From contig NMRA01000032.1 in NCBI GenBank assembly GCA_002633005.1, positions 1,230,197-1,294,196 of the forward strand: a stretch of 64,000 nt of DNA. Reading direction: 5' to 3'. The DNA is from Phoronis australis. Its lineage: Eukaryota; Animalia; Phoronida. A program made the position numbers and the translations under genes. The notes beneath the pieces were generated by a model. That model did not search any database. It was not told where the DNA came from and saw only the letters and a list, made by a program, of their open reading frames with translations. The stretch's first letter is position 1. Every line of letters begins with the position of its first letter. Shown here one piece after another: positions 12,756 through 24,240 of this stretch.

Positions 12756-13630
12756 AGTGGCGGATTTAGAGGAGGGCCAAAGGGGCCAAGGCCCCCCTAA
12801 AATTCTCCCAGATTACATTTGGCTGTTCGGGGGTGTGAATGTCTGGCGGGCAAAATCCTGGCTAATACTCTACCCTGACCCCCCAACTCAAAATTCTGGA
12901 TTCGCCCCTGATTAAACTGTCTAAAATTACGAACCAAAGTGGTTAATTTAGTTACGTTTCTCATTTCGTTGTTTTAGAATAAAGTAAAGAAATGTTTTCC
13001 AATTGTTGAACGTGGCATGATAAGTTTGTTTGGAAGTGTATGTAGGATGTACCAAAATTTGACAAGGATTTGATCTGCGTCATATTTCTTCATTTGTGAT
13101 TTTTGTCTTTTCGGAAGTAGCCTATTTAAGTTTACAGAGGTGGAACCAGAATTTTATAAAAGTGGGGGAGGGGTACGCAGGGGTAGATCCAGGATTTTTT
13201 AGTTTGGGGGCCAGGGCACAGGAATAACCAGAATTTCGCCACACACGCGCGCCCAGGCTAAAATGTAGGGATGTAGGGGTGTCAAATTTTTGGGTTTGTG
13301 AACCTTGTTACTAAAAAGAAAACAAAAGAACCATACACGGGGTTTGTTCAAGGCCTATGTATTGTGCATTCACGCCCGAGCCCCCCTGGGTGCGCGCATA
13401 AGCCACTCAGCAATTCGCACCCGGAACTAGCAAATGGTATTTGGGAGAATTTTAGGGGGGCCATGGCCTCCTTACCCCCGCCCCCCTCTAAGTCCGCCAC
13501 GGGGGGTACGGATCAAGGATTTTTAAAAGGGGGGTCCAAATCAACAATTTGAAAAGTCTAGATTTGATATCACTGAAATCAAAGGAAAAAGAGGGTCGGG
13601 ACCCCCTTGACACCCTTGGATCCGCCTATG
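12756..13630. mobile_element. Cluster of nested G/C-rich MITE fragments
   Basis: CAGTGGCGGATTTAGA...TCTGGATTCGCCCCTG (12756-12910), plus related termini CAGGGGTAGATCCAGG (~13178), TCTAAGTCCGCCAC (~13487) and TGGATCCGCCTATG (ending 13630). Confidence 0.55.
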
Positions 13631-13843
13631 GTTGATATAGTTTGTAGCCTACTAAAACGTTGGAGTTGTAATTTATTTATGTTAAATCAAAATATTTATC
13701 TTTACTTTTGATAAAGCGTTTTGATCAGATACACAAGTTATTAATTTCTGTTCGTTCAACATCATCTGGCTTCTATTATAGGTCCACTTCAGGCGTCGGT
13801 GAGAAATGTTCCCTCAGCCTGCACACGGGCTGAATAGTAGCAC

Positions 13844-13845
13844 TG

Positions 13846-13907
<62 letters not shown>
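13844..13907. repeat. (TG)n microsatellite running into an assembly gap
   Basis: Directly visible; the N run 13908-14109 follows. Confidence 0.95.
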
Positions 13908-14939
13908 NNNNNNNNNNNNNNNNNNNNNNNNNNNNNNNNNNNNNNNNNNNNNNNNNNNNNNNNNNNNNNNNNNNNNNNNNNNNNNNNNNNNNNNNNNNNN
14001 NNNNNNNNNNNNNNNNNNNNNNNNNNNNNNNNNNNNNNNNNNNNNNNNNNNNNNNNNNNNNNNNNNNNNNNNNNNNNNNNNNNNNNNNNNNNNNNNNNNN
14101 NNNNNNNNNGAACACGGAGTTATAATTAACACATACCACGACTCTGGATACAATTTAGTCAGCAAAACTTGAACGAATCGATGAAAATCTGTCGCGGTTT
14201 GTTCGAGTTTCTCTCAGTCACGGTTACCGGGTGCCATTTTGAGGAAGTTACGTGAAATTACGCATGTTGACGAATAAAAAATCCAAGGGACACACATCTT
14301 ACAAGTTTCACCCGATACCTTCACATGCTATTTTACAAGTGTCGCACGCTAGCGTCACGCGCTTCGCTCAGTCTAACCTTGCGCCTAACTCACGGGATTC
14401 AGTTGACATGCTTTGTAGTTATCGCGCACGCGGTGATAAAATTAACGGCAACAAAAAAGTGGAGTTGTAATTCTTCGCCAAAGTCAACTTAATTCTCACA
14501 ACTAAGCTTCATTTCTTCGCGCTCATACCGCGTATTATGCTTGTTACTATGGCCGCTTTCGGAATCCTGACCACAGCACCCACAATGCACCATTTTAACC
14601 TAATTTCAATATGGCGTCGCTGCAAATCCGCTATTTCACCCTTATTATGCTTAGCTGCACTCCTGTGTTTTGTCTCTCAATGTAAACACTAAGTGTTTCT
14701 ATTTCTATTGTGTGCCAGTCGACCTGATAGCGGGTTGTGTTTGAATTTAAATAATGAACTGTCGTTGCAAATTTAGTTCTTCTAGAACGTCTTTTATCAG
14801 AACACTGGAATGTAAAACAAGGTTGTTACTTGTCTTTGTATTTATTTTATTATAAATAAAACAAAATTACAGAGTGCAGATCCTGGATGTCATATGCTCA
14901 ATACCTCGTAAACAAACTAAGAATCTGCCTAAACTAAGT

Positions 14940-15650
14940 AACCAAAAATCTTGTTGACCTGATAAATAAGTAACAGAAATAATATGAAGTTTCCAGTAGG
15001 ATACACATCATATTTAGTAGATCTTAAAGCTAGGTGGCGACTAAAACGAGACAATAGACAAGTTTTAATGGAAAGTCAATATGTTATCGCAGTCAAAAAT
15101 CAATTTCGATAATAGAAATCAGTATCAAAATCAACAAAATTTTTGGTAAACAAAGACACGTGTGATATCACTCAAGTTGTGATTGAACATCAATCGTGGA
15201 TTGTCCTTAAGCTTCCTCAAAAAGTCAGCACTATTCACTGAGCAATTCCGGAAAAGGAATCTCCGCCATATTTTAAAGATGTTAAAAAGTACCCCACCGC
15301 TATTACATAATGGGTGACTTCCAACTTGATTCACATAATAACAATTGGATGTTCAGAAACAACCTTTCTGTTCCTAAGCTTCTATCACTTTTTCGTAGGA
15401 AATTATTTTCTGAAAAGATTTTTTTCACTCTTGTAACTTCTGAACGATGTAACCAGTGAAGTCCATTGTAGACCGTATGTACTGACCAGTCTCAAAGCTG
15501 TGAGTTATGGTTGCTGCTTTATATGATTAGTGTAGTTGTTACTGGCTACGACGTCTTAATAAAACGTTTATTTCGAATCAGAACGAACCACGTCCTTCTC
15601 GATACTAAAATCGTTCTCTTCAAAACCCAAATGTCGCATTGGACAACTTT
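14940..15650 (-). pseudogene. Possible highly decayed Penelope-type RT fragment (repeated at ~21740-22430 and ~35430-36120)
   Basis: Broken frames give PIM..SVNSADFLKKL..SLFTKNVVDFDTD, loosely resembling PLE RT motifs (RPII...FL..L...SLFTNVPVDETID). There are many stops and frameshifts. Confidence 0.35.
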
Positions 15651-15789
15651 TTAAGACAAAAATCTGTTTATCGCTTGACTGAAGGGTGCGAAATCAAAAA
15701 TGAACAACATTGAGCTAGTCGCGTATTCATTAGAATGAGATAACGTGGTTCCATCGCAACTGGGCAGAGCTCAAAGACATTGTATACCT

Positions 15790-17530
15790 GTAATGACGGG
15801 CACACATAACGCAAACCAGCTGACCTATAGGCCTACACAGAGATTTTACATGACCAGGGTGAAGCAGACACAGCACACGCCAGTTAACACGAACATGGAC
15901 AGTTTACATGGTCATATAGTGTGGAGGGTGCAGGAGGAGTACACAGGACGCAGGCCAGTTAACGTGAACATGGACAATTTTTATGAACATATAGTCTGGG
16001 AGAAGCATGTACATAACGTAGGTCAGTTAACATGAACATGGACAGTTTACATGGCCATATAATGTGGAGGGTGGAGATGGAACACACAGAACGTAGGGCA
16101 ATGGCCAGTTTACATGGCCATATAGTCTGGAGAGGAGCACACGGAAAGTAGGCAAGTTATCATATAAATGGACAGTTCTTATGAACATATAGTCTGAGAG
16201 GAGCACGTACATAACGTATGTCAGTTAACGTGAACATGGATAATTTACATGGCAATATAGTCAGGGAGGAGCACACAGAACGTAGGGCAATTAAGATGAA
16301 CATCGACAGTTTACATGGCCATACAGTCTGGGAAGGAGCACACAGAACGAACATGACCATGGACAGCTTACATGATAGTCTGGGGAGGAACAAACAGAAC
16401 GTGGGCCACTTAACATAAACATGGACACTTTACATGACCATAGAGTCTGGGGAGGAGCACACAGAACGTAGGTCAGCTAACGATGAACATGGACATTTTA
16501 CATGGCCACATTGTCCGGAGGAGCATACAGAACATAGGGCAATTAACGTGAACGTGGACAGTTTACATGACCATATAGTCTTGGAAGAGGACATACAGAA
16601 CGTTGGTCAGTTAACATGAATATGAACATGACCATATAGTTTGGGGAGGAGCACAACGTAGGCCAGTTAACATGAAGATGGACAGTTTACATGACGATAT
16701 AGTTTGGAGGAGCACACAGAACGTTGACCAGTTAACATGAACATGGGCAGATTACATGGCGATATAGTCTGGGGAGGAGCATACAGAACGTAGGCCAGTT
16801 AACATGAAAATGGACAGTTTACATGGCCATATTGTCTGAAGGAGCACACAGAACGCAACCAGTTCACATGAACACGGACAGTTTACATGGCCATATAGTT
16901 TGGAAGGAGCATGTGCAGAACGTTGGCCAGTTAATATGAACATGGACAGTTTACATGGCGATATAGTCTGGGGAGGAGCACACACAACGTAGGTCAGAAC
17001 ACGGACAGTTTACATGGCCATATAGTTTGGGAGGGGCATGTGCAGAACGTAAACCAGGTAACATGAACAAGGACAGATTATATGGCCATATAGCCTGGAG
17101 GAGCACACAGACGTAGGTCAATAAACATGAACATGGACAGGTTACACGACCATATAGTTTGGAGAGAAGCAAGCAGAAAATAAATCAGTTAACATGAACA
17201 TAGATATGGCCATATAGTTTGGTAGTCTGGGGAGGAGAACACCGAACGTACACCAAGTATCATGAACATGGACAGTTTACAAGGCCACATAATAGGGAGC
17301 GGTCGCAACACACAGAACGCACGTCCGCCAACACGTGCATGGACAGTTTACATTGCCATAAGGTCTGGGAAGGTTGGAGCACACAGAACGTAGACCAGTC
17401 GATGTGTGCAGTTTACATGGCCAAATACTCTGTGGAGCAGCAAACAGAACGTACGTCCGCTAACAAGTACACGGACAGTTTTCGATGACTCGTAATGAGG
17501 GAAATAAAGCTCAGAACGTAGTGGCTTTAA
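15790..17530. repeat. 67-bp minisatellite, unit 1
   Basis: Consensus AACATGAACATGGACAGTTTACATGGCCATATAGTCTGGGGAGGAGCACACAGAACGTAGGCCAGTT; about 25 diverged head-to-tail monomers. Confidence 0.95.
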
Positions 17531-18504
17531 TGAATACAAGTACCATTTACATTAGTGTGTTACATCTTGCGTGAGATGAAGGGCGAAGAATCCACGAGAG
17601 GTAATGTGAATCTTCACAATTCCCTCCGTAAAACATTGTTATCAACATAAAGCGAATAAATGTTGTTTGTTTTAGATTTCACACCTTTCAATATCTTGAT
17701 AAACTGATCTTGAAAAATATTTAATTTCAATCTTGTACAGGGGTACCACGTATTCTTTCAACATTGGGTTTTGAAGATTGTTGAACTCTAAATTTGGTAA
17801 AGCATTTGTTGGCCCTGAGTAGAAACAGAATTGTCCAGAAAACTCAACTTTCGTACTTTTGGCACAAATCACGCTTTCGAGACCAGTCAGCTACGTATTT
17901 CATTCAGACAATATCCACCGTTTTTGCTAATTTAAAAGTTACAGCGGTGGAAATAAAAATCTTTCAGGTAATAATTTTCCATTGATGGTTTAGACAAATG
18001 AGGTGATACTGAGGTTGTTTGTGTAAGACCAGTGTTTAAAAGTAAAGTGAAATATGAACTAATCCACTTAAGGTCATGAAATAGCTCTTGTGATATTCCT
18101 TGCCATGATAGGGCTTAATTGCCGTTACTAACAACAGCATAAAAGTATCAGCGATTCATTAAAACGCGTCATGGTTGAAATTGGGTAGCTCTAAAATGAC
18201 ACAAATTCAAATAATGACAGATGTATCTTTTGCCTCTGATTTGAGTTGCCAGAAACCGCTTCGATTTAAAATTAACCTTTGACGAAATACCCCTTTAAAC
18301 TAAGTCAGACTTGAAACAAGAATAAGCCATTGATACCCTGAAAATATAAGGTCTGGTCGTCAGTGGTGACAAAAGTGATAACACAGATGTAGACAGACTC
18401 CTGTAGCAATAGTAAGCTAACTGTCAGGATATGAACACTCATTACTAAAGCTAAAATTTCTATCTAGACTGGAAAAATGAAAATATAACGAAGTCGTCAC
18501 TGGA

Positions 18505-20026
18505 TTAATCCAACGGAATCCAGGACATATCCAAAATATCTTCGTCTTCCAAAATGGTTGACAAGCTGGGATAGGCAATCTAAAACAGAAAACAAGTGAA
18601 AACTCAACAGAAACAAATTGATAAAAATCTATAAAGCTCGTCATCAACAACTTTAAGAATGTTTACTTTCTTGCACGTTTTAATATGACATTAAATTGTA
18701 GTCATTTTTAAGTAAAATTTCGAAGCTCCCAAGCGAGTCTTGATTATAAAGCACGATAGACATATGCACTTCTGCTTAGCAAGTTCATCTGCCGGTAAAT
18801 TCATACTGTGTCGAAGTTTGAATATAGATTGTTAATAGCAATGTAAGGACGTGGAGGATACTTACGCTGCGGCCTTGTATTTTCCTTTTGGAGATCACTG
18901 CTCCGTACTCTGAATCTGGGAATAGCTTTAATCTTTCTTGCGTCACTGCGCAAACTAAATCTACCTGGAATATATTAGAGCAAAGTTTTAAATCATTAGT
19001 TCATATTTATTGAAGCAACAGTTGAAAAGTGCAAAATTGTATGACGTTTAATGGTACCATGACCAGATTTCAGGTTCTTGGTTTCAACGAAGAGTCCACT
19101 GACAAGACTGTTCTCAACTTTTCTGTGGAACTCGCGTCTATTCTATTACTGATGACTGCTAATAATTTCGCAATTCGAACAACTATGCAAAATAGCCAAA
19201 CAACTGCTACAATGTCTATTGCAAAGAGACAGGCTTTGCGTTTCGGTGTTACATAAATTGTAGTCGAAAAGAAAACTGACATCTACAAAAACGACATGAA
19301 GTTCAAATCGGTAAAGGACGTATCCACATATAGCATTAGACACATCATGTGTATGTAATTTCCTTTTCACATCAACAACCAATATGCCTACTAAACCCTG
19401 GTTAGTTCATCACCTTGTCCTCTTGTTCAGAAACTCTTTGTTTTTTAAGTCTTTTCAAGAAAGCCGGACTTGGCTCAAACACATGCTTGGGGTCAGGCTC
19501 TCCGAATTCTTTTTCTAATTGTTCTAACATCATGCAGACGTTATCAAGTCTCTGTGCAAGTACAAGACATCTTGAGCGAGTCTGGTTGCCTTTGGACGCC
19601 TCCGTCTGGAGATCCTGCATGACCGTGACTATCTCATTGGATGTTTTTGAGAATGACAGAGTCATTGCATCTCCTTGAGGTGCATAGTCAGCCGATACGA
19701 TCTCTGCCGCTTCTGAAATTGAATGGATTTAATTGACAATTTTTGCTTATTTGTGAAACTCTGCAAACAAATTAAAAGATCAAATTCTAAAATTAAAAGG
19801 ACTTTCACTAAATATGTTTTGTTTTCTTAAAAATGATGGTCTTACCAGTGTTTCCAATCACGTCATCGCGTTTGCCACCGTCCCCTTGACGTTTCAGAAC
19901 ACATTTGTGGCAAGAGCACTGTTTCTTCAACTTCTTCAAGGCATAGTGCCTCGCTCTTTGCAGAAATGACTCCTTTTTGCCGCCTTTTGAACCATTTTGT
20001 TTCCTTCTCTTCGGAATGCAAGACAT
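18505..20026 (-). CDS. Novel ~217-aa protein, array copy 1 (basic/Cys-rich N-terminus, helical core, C-terminal LxxIxE motif)
   Basis: Exons 20026-19846, 19712-19414, 18964-18866 and 18579-18505 are GT-AG and in frame. Protein: MSCIPKRRKQNGSKGGKKESFLQRARHYALKKLKKQCSCHKCVLKRQGDGGKRDDVIGNTEAAEIVSADYAPQGDAMTLSFSKTSNEIVTVMQDLQTEASKGNQTRSRCLVLAQRLDNVCMMLEQLEKEFGEPDPKHVFEPSPAFLKRLKKQRVSEQEDKVDLVCAVTQERLKLFPDSEYGAVISKRKIQGRSIAYPSLSTILEDEDILDMSWIPLD. The exon 2 donor is weak (AAG/GTGATG); read-through gives 163 aa ending at 19402. Confidence 0.75.
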
Positions 20027-20057
20027 TTTGAAACTTTTGTCTAGCTTCAGTACTACC

Positions 20058-20100
20058 AAAGTGACGTCACGTAATTGTTGAATTATTAAATATGACGTAA
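20058..20100 (-). promoter_or_regulatory. Core promoter of the array gene: TATA-like box, initiator and two CRE sites (also at ~26872-26914, ~33762-33804, ~42455-42497)
   Basis: Minus-strand TATTTAA starts at 20092, exactly 30 nt upstream of the A of an Inr-like TCACTTT (20062). A full CRE (TGACGTCA) is at 20062-20069 and a variant (TGACGTAA) at 20093-20100. These motifs are retained in all four units. Confidence 0.6.
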
Positions 20101-20714
20101 ACTCCCGAATTTCAACGTAAGTCAGCGAGAAAAAAATGCTGATATGGGAAACATGAATAGCCCTATCAAAGAAGCAGTTTCAATTGGCCTGCGTTTTATC
20201 ATGGAACTCAAGGCATGGGATGCTAACTACCGAACTTGACCCATGTTTTACTTGTTTTATTGCGACCCCGGGCTTTCAAGGGAGTGACCGAGAGTGATTG
20301 CATTGAATTTCCCGACAGTTTTGAATTTTTTTCTAAAACCCGCCATGAACCATTTGCGCTTTTCCATCCGTTTTTTCACTGACGACTATGGTAGGACATT
20401 CGCGTGTCTCTCATGCTAATGCAGTGGTTTTATCTGTGTTCGAAGGCAACATGAGCTCTACACTTTTCCTACCCATTCCACGACACATATCTCATTTTTT
20501 GTTCAATTGACTCAAAATTTGTCCCCAATATACAATTTACGCTGAGTCATTCCCTGTCAATAGGATGTTTTTCAGACCCAAGTTGTAATAATGAACTAGG
20601 GTCCCCTGTAATTGTTCATTTGTCACATACGTACATTGGGTCTGAAAAACAATTTGCAGTGCTCAGTAAAACTCATTATTATTTAGTTTTTACATGTGAT
20701 AGTATTAACCCATG

Positions 20715-21535
20715 TTAAAAATTCCGTAGGGTATTACATAAGGTCGCCGTTGTGGTCAACTTCCTAAAGAGACGTATTTGGTGTCGTTTAACTCGGGCTA
20801 TTGTTCAATCAAGATGTAGTTGGTATAAGACAAACCCTGGTGAATAACGTGTACATCAATAATATTTTAACTTCCACAAAAATTGATTCATGTCTAAAAT
20901 TAATTGTGAAGCCCCTGCACGTCGGACCGGTGTGACCAAAAAGGTATTTTATAAAAATGTTCAATAACTACCTCCAGGACTAACACGCCAAAATCATTTG
21001 GGATAATGCTAAAGTTTGTAAGCTCGATTATTACCTCGATGTTATTATATATTATCGGAATAGGAAGTAATCCAACTTGGTCATAAAAAAACATTTCTAA
21101 AGCGAAAGTCAGTCCTGTTGCCCAGTGTAGTGTTGTTTAAGTGTTTGTATGCCCTATGAGCGAATGTCAAGCAGTGTTACATTGGTCAAACGATTTGCAG
21201 TCTTTTATCTATGCATATTCAAAATGGCGCCATCCTAGAACATTTTCTGCAAAGCCACGAACTTAAAATCACCCGTCAAGAAATTGTGGAAAGCACGTCT
21301 GTAGAGCTCGATGTGTTGCGATTGAAAGTATTGGAGTCCCTTTCGGTTGCATTTGAGAAGCCTGTTTTGAATGAGCAACAAACATGTTCACGCCGCACGT
21401 TTGCGTGACTTNTTCTTTGCAGTATTTCACACCTGCCATGTCCCACTGTGTAGTCTCCAGCTTTTTCTCTGTGGTGGCATTACTGTGTTATTTATTTCGT
21501 CTTGAGAATGAAACAAGTATATTCGAAATATCGTG
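20715..21535 (+). mobile_element. Decayed Penelope-like retroelement 3' part (RT C-terminus/linker and GIY-YIG endonuclease), unit 1
   Basis: Frameshifted translation reads IRQTLVNN..YYRN..SNLVIK..SVV*VFVCPMSEC / CYIGQT..SMHIQNGAILEH..ITRQEIVE..RLKVLES..EKPVLNEQ. This is the YIG, R, E, N motif order of PLE GIY-YIG domains. Confidence 0.75.
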
Positions 21536-22589
21536 TGTCTTTTAATCACGTCTCTTGGTCAGTTGCCTCAGCAATGTTCTGTTGAGTGTCGAACGTCGTT
21601 CCGAAGATACGAACGGAACGGAATGTGAAACAAGGTTTTCTTTATATTCATTTTATTATAAATAATACAAAATTACATAGTGCAGATGCTGGATGTCATC
21701 TGCGCAGTACCTCGTAAACAAATTAAGAATCTGCCTAAACTAAGTAACCAAAAATCTTGTTGACCTGATAAATGAGGAATAATATGAAGTTCACATTAGG
21801 ATACATTTCATATTCAATAGGTCTTGACGTTAGCTATCGACTAAAACGCCATAATAGACACAAGTTTTAATGGCAAGTCAATATGTTATCGCTGTCAAAA
21901 ATCTATTTTGATAATAGGAATCAGTGTCAAAATCGACAACATTTTTGGTAAACAAAGACATCTGTGATCTCACTCAATTTGTGATACAGGATCAATCCTG
22001 GATTCTCCATAAGCTTCATCAAAAAGTCAGCACTATTCACTGAGCAATTCCGGAAAGGAATCTCCGCCATATTTTAAAGATGTTAAAAAGTACCCAACCG
22101 CTATTACATAATGGGCGACTTCCAACTTGATTCACACATAACAATAGGGCATTCAGAAGCAGCCTTTCTATTCCTAAGTTTCTATCAACTAACAACAGGA
22201 AATTATTTTCCCAAAAAAATCACTCTTGTAACCTCTGAAGGATGTAAGCATTGAAGTCTATGGTAGAAAATACGTACTAACCACTCAGAAAGCTGTTATC
22301 GATGCTGCGTTGTATGAGTTGTGTAAAATATCAGATAATCGTTACCGGCTACGACTTCTTAATAAAACGTATATTTCGAATCAGAACGAACCGCGTCTTC
22401 CCGATACTCAAATCGTTCTCTTCGAAACCCAAATGTCGCATTGGACAACAAAAAATCTATTTATCGCTTGACTGAAGGGTGCGAAATCAAAAATGAACAA
22501 CACTGAGGTAGTCGCGTATTCATTAGAACGAGATAACGTGGTTCAATCGGAACTGGGCAGCCTTCAACGACAATGTGTGCCTGACAGGC

Positions 22590-24240
22590 AAAAACATATA
22601 GTCTAGAGGAAGCACACAGAACACAAGCCAGCTGACCTATACACGGAGCGTTTATGCATGACCATATCATAAGGGTGAAGCAAACAGAACTCACGGCAGT
22701 TAACATGAACATGGATAGTTTACATGGCTATATAGTCTGGGGAACACCCAGAACGTACACCAATTAAAGTGAACATGGACAGTTTGCATGACCATATAGT
22801 CTGTGGAGGAGCACACAGAACGTTGGCCAATTAACGTGAAAATGGACATGCAGTCTGACTGGCCATATAGCCTGTGGATGAGCACGCAGACCATAGGTCA
22901 GTTAACATGAACATGGATAGATTACATGGCCGCTTAGTCTGGAGAGGAGCGCACACAACATGCCAGTTAACATGAACATGGACTGTTTATGAGGCCGTAT
23001 AATCTGGGAGGAGCACGTACCTCAGAACGCAAGCCAGTTAACATGAAGATAAACAGCTTACATGGCCGTATAGTCTGGAGAGGACACAGAACATACGCCA
23101 CTTAACACCTACAAGGACAGTTTACAAGGCCATATAGTCTGGGGTGGAGCGCACAGAACGTACAGTAGGCCAGCTAACCTTAGCGTGGACAGTTTACAAG
23201 GTCATATAGTCTGGGGAGAAGCACACAGAACATAGGCCAGTTAACATGAACATGGACAGTTTATATGACGAACTAAACTGGAGGATGGCTCAGAACTTAG
23301 GCCAAATAACATGAACATGGACAGTTTACATGACTATATAGTATGGGGAGGAACACACAGAACGTACGCCGGTTAACGTGAACATGGACTGTTTACATGA
23401 CCATATAGTCTGGGGAGAAGCACACAGAAAGTAGGCCAGTTAACATTAACATGGGGAGTTTACGTGACCATATAGTCTGGAGAGAAACACACAGAATGTA
23501 CGCCGGTTAACGTGAACATGGACAGTTTACACGACCATATAGTCTGGGTACTGAGGAGCACTGACGGAGATGGTAGGCCACTTCACATGAACATGGACTG
23601 ATTGCATGGCTACATAGTCTGGGGAGGAGCACACACAACGTAGACCAATTAACTTGAATATGGGCAGTTTACATGGCCATGCATATAGTCTTTGAAGGAG
23701 CACGTAGACTGTAGGCCAGTTCAGATCAACTTGGACGGATTGCATGGCCACATAGTCTGGAGAGGAGTGCAAAGAATGTAGGCTTGCGCCAGTTAACATG
23801 AACATAGGCAGTTTACATGGTCTAGTCACGGGAAGAACACACAGAACGTGCGCCGGTTAACGTGAACATGAAAAGTTTACATGACCACGTGGCCTGGGGT
23901 GGATCAGGAGACCGTAGGTCAGTTAACATAAAGATGGACTGCCGTGACGATATAATCTTGATGATCACACAGAACGTAGGCCAGTTAACGATGAACATGG
24001 ACAGTTTACAAGGCCATATAGTATGGAGCGGTCGGGACACTCCGCTAACGTGTTCATGGACAACTTACATTGCCATGTAGTCTGGAGATGTCAGAGCGCA
24101 CAGAACGTACACCAGTCGATCAATGTGTACAGTTTACATGGCCAAATAATCTGAGCAGCAAACAGAACGTACGTCCGCTAACATGTACATGAACAGTTTT
24201 CGAGGACTTGTGGAGAGAGAAAAAGCACAGAACGTAGTGG
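22590..24240. repeat. 67-bp minisatellite, unit 2
   Basis: Same consensus as in unit 1. Confidence 0.95.

Noticed and set aside
14385-14635. Promoter or first exon (ATGTCAACTGAATCCC/GTGAGT on the minus strand; YY1- and ZNF143-like motifs)
   Set aside because: No convincing downstream exon or ORF, and the motifs may belong to a MITE remnant; evidence is insufficient.
15790-17530. CRISPR-like array or repetitive coding region in the 67-bp repeats
   Set aside because: There are no unique spacers and no cas genes, and the context is eukaryotic. The period is not a multiple of 3 and the short ORFs (WPCKLSMF...) are by-products on both strands.
19057-19160. Extra coding exon inside intron 2 of the array gene
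   Set aside because: Copies differ by a ~64-nt deletion, a 2-nt indel and in-frame stops; no frame stays open in all four.
19415-19678. Plus-strand 87-aa ORF repeated in all units
   Set aside because: It is the antisense shadow of exon 2; the splice signals and promoter are on the minus strand.
20379-20412. Second hammerhead candidate CTGACGA-CT(A/G)TGG(T/C)AG-GAC...GCGTGTC
   Set aside because: The GAAA core is absent in all four copies and no stem I can be formed.
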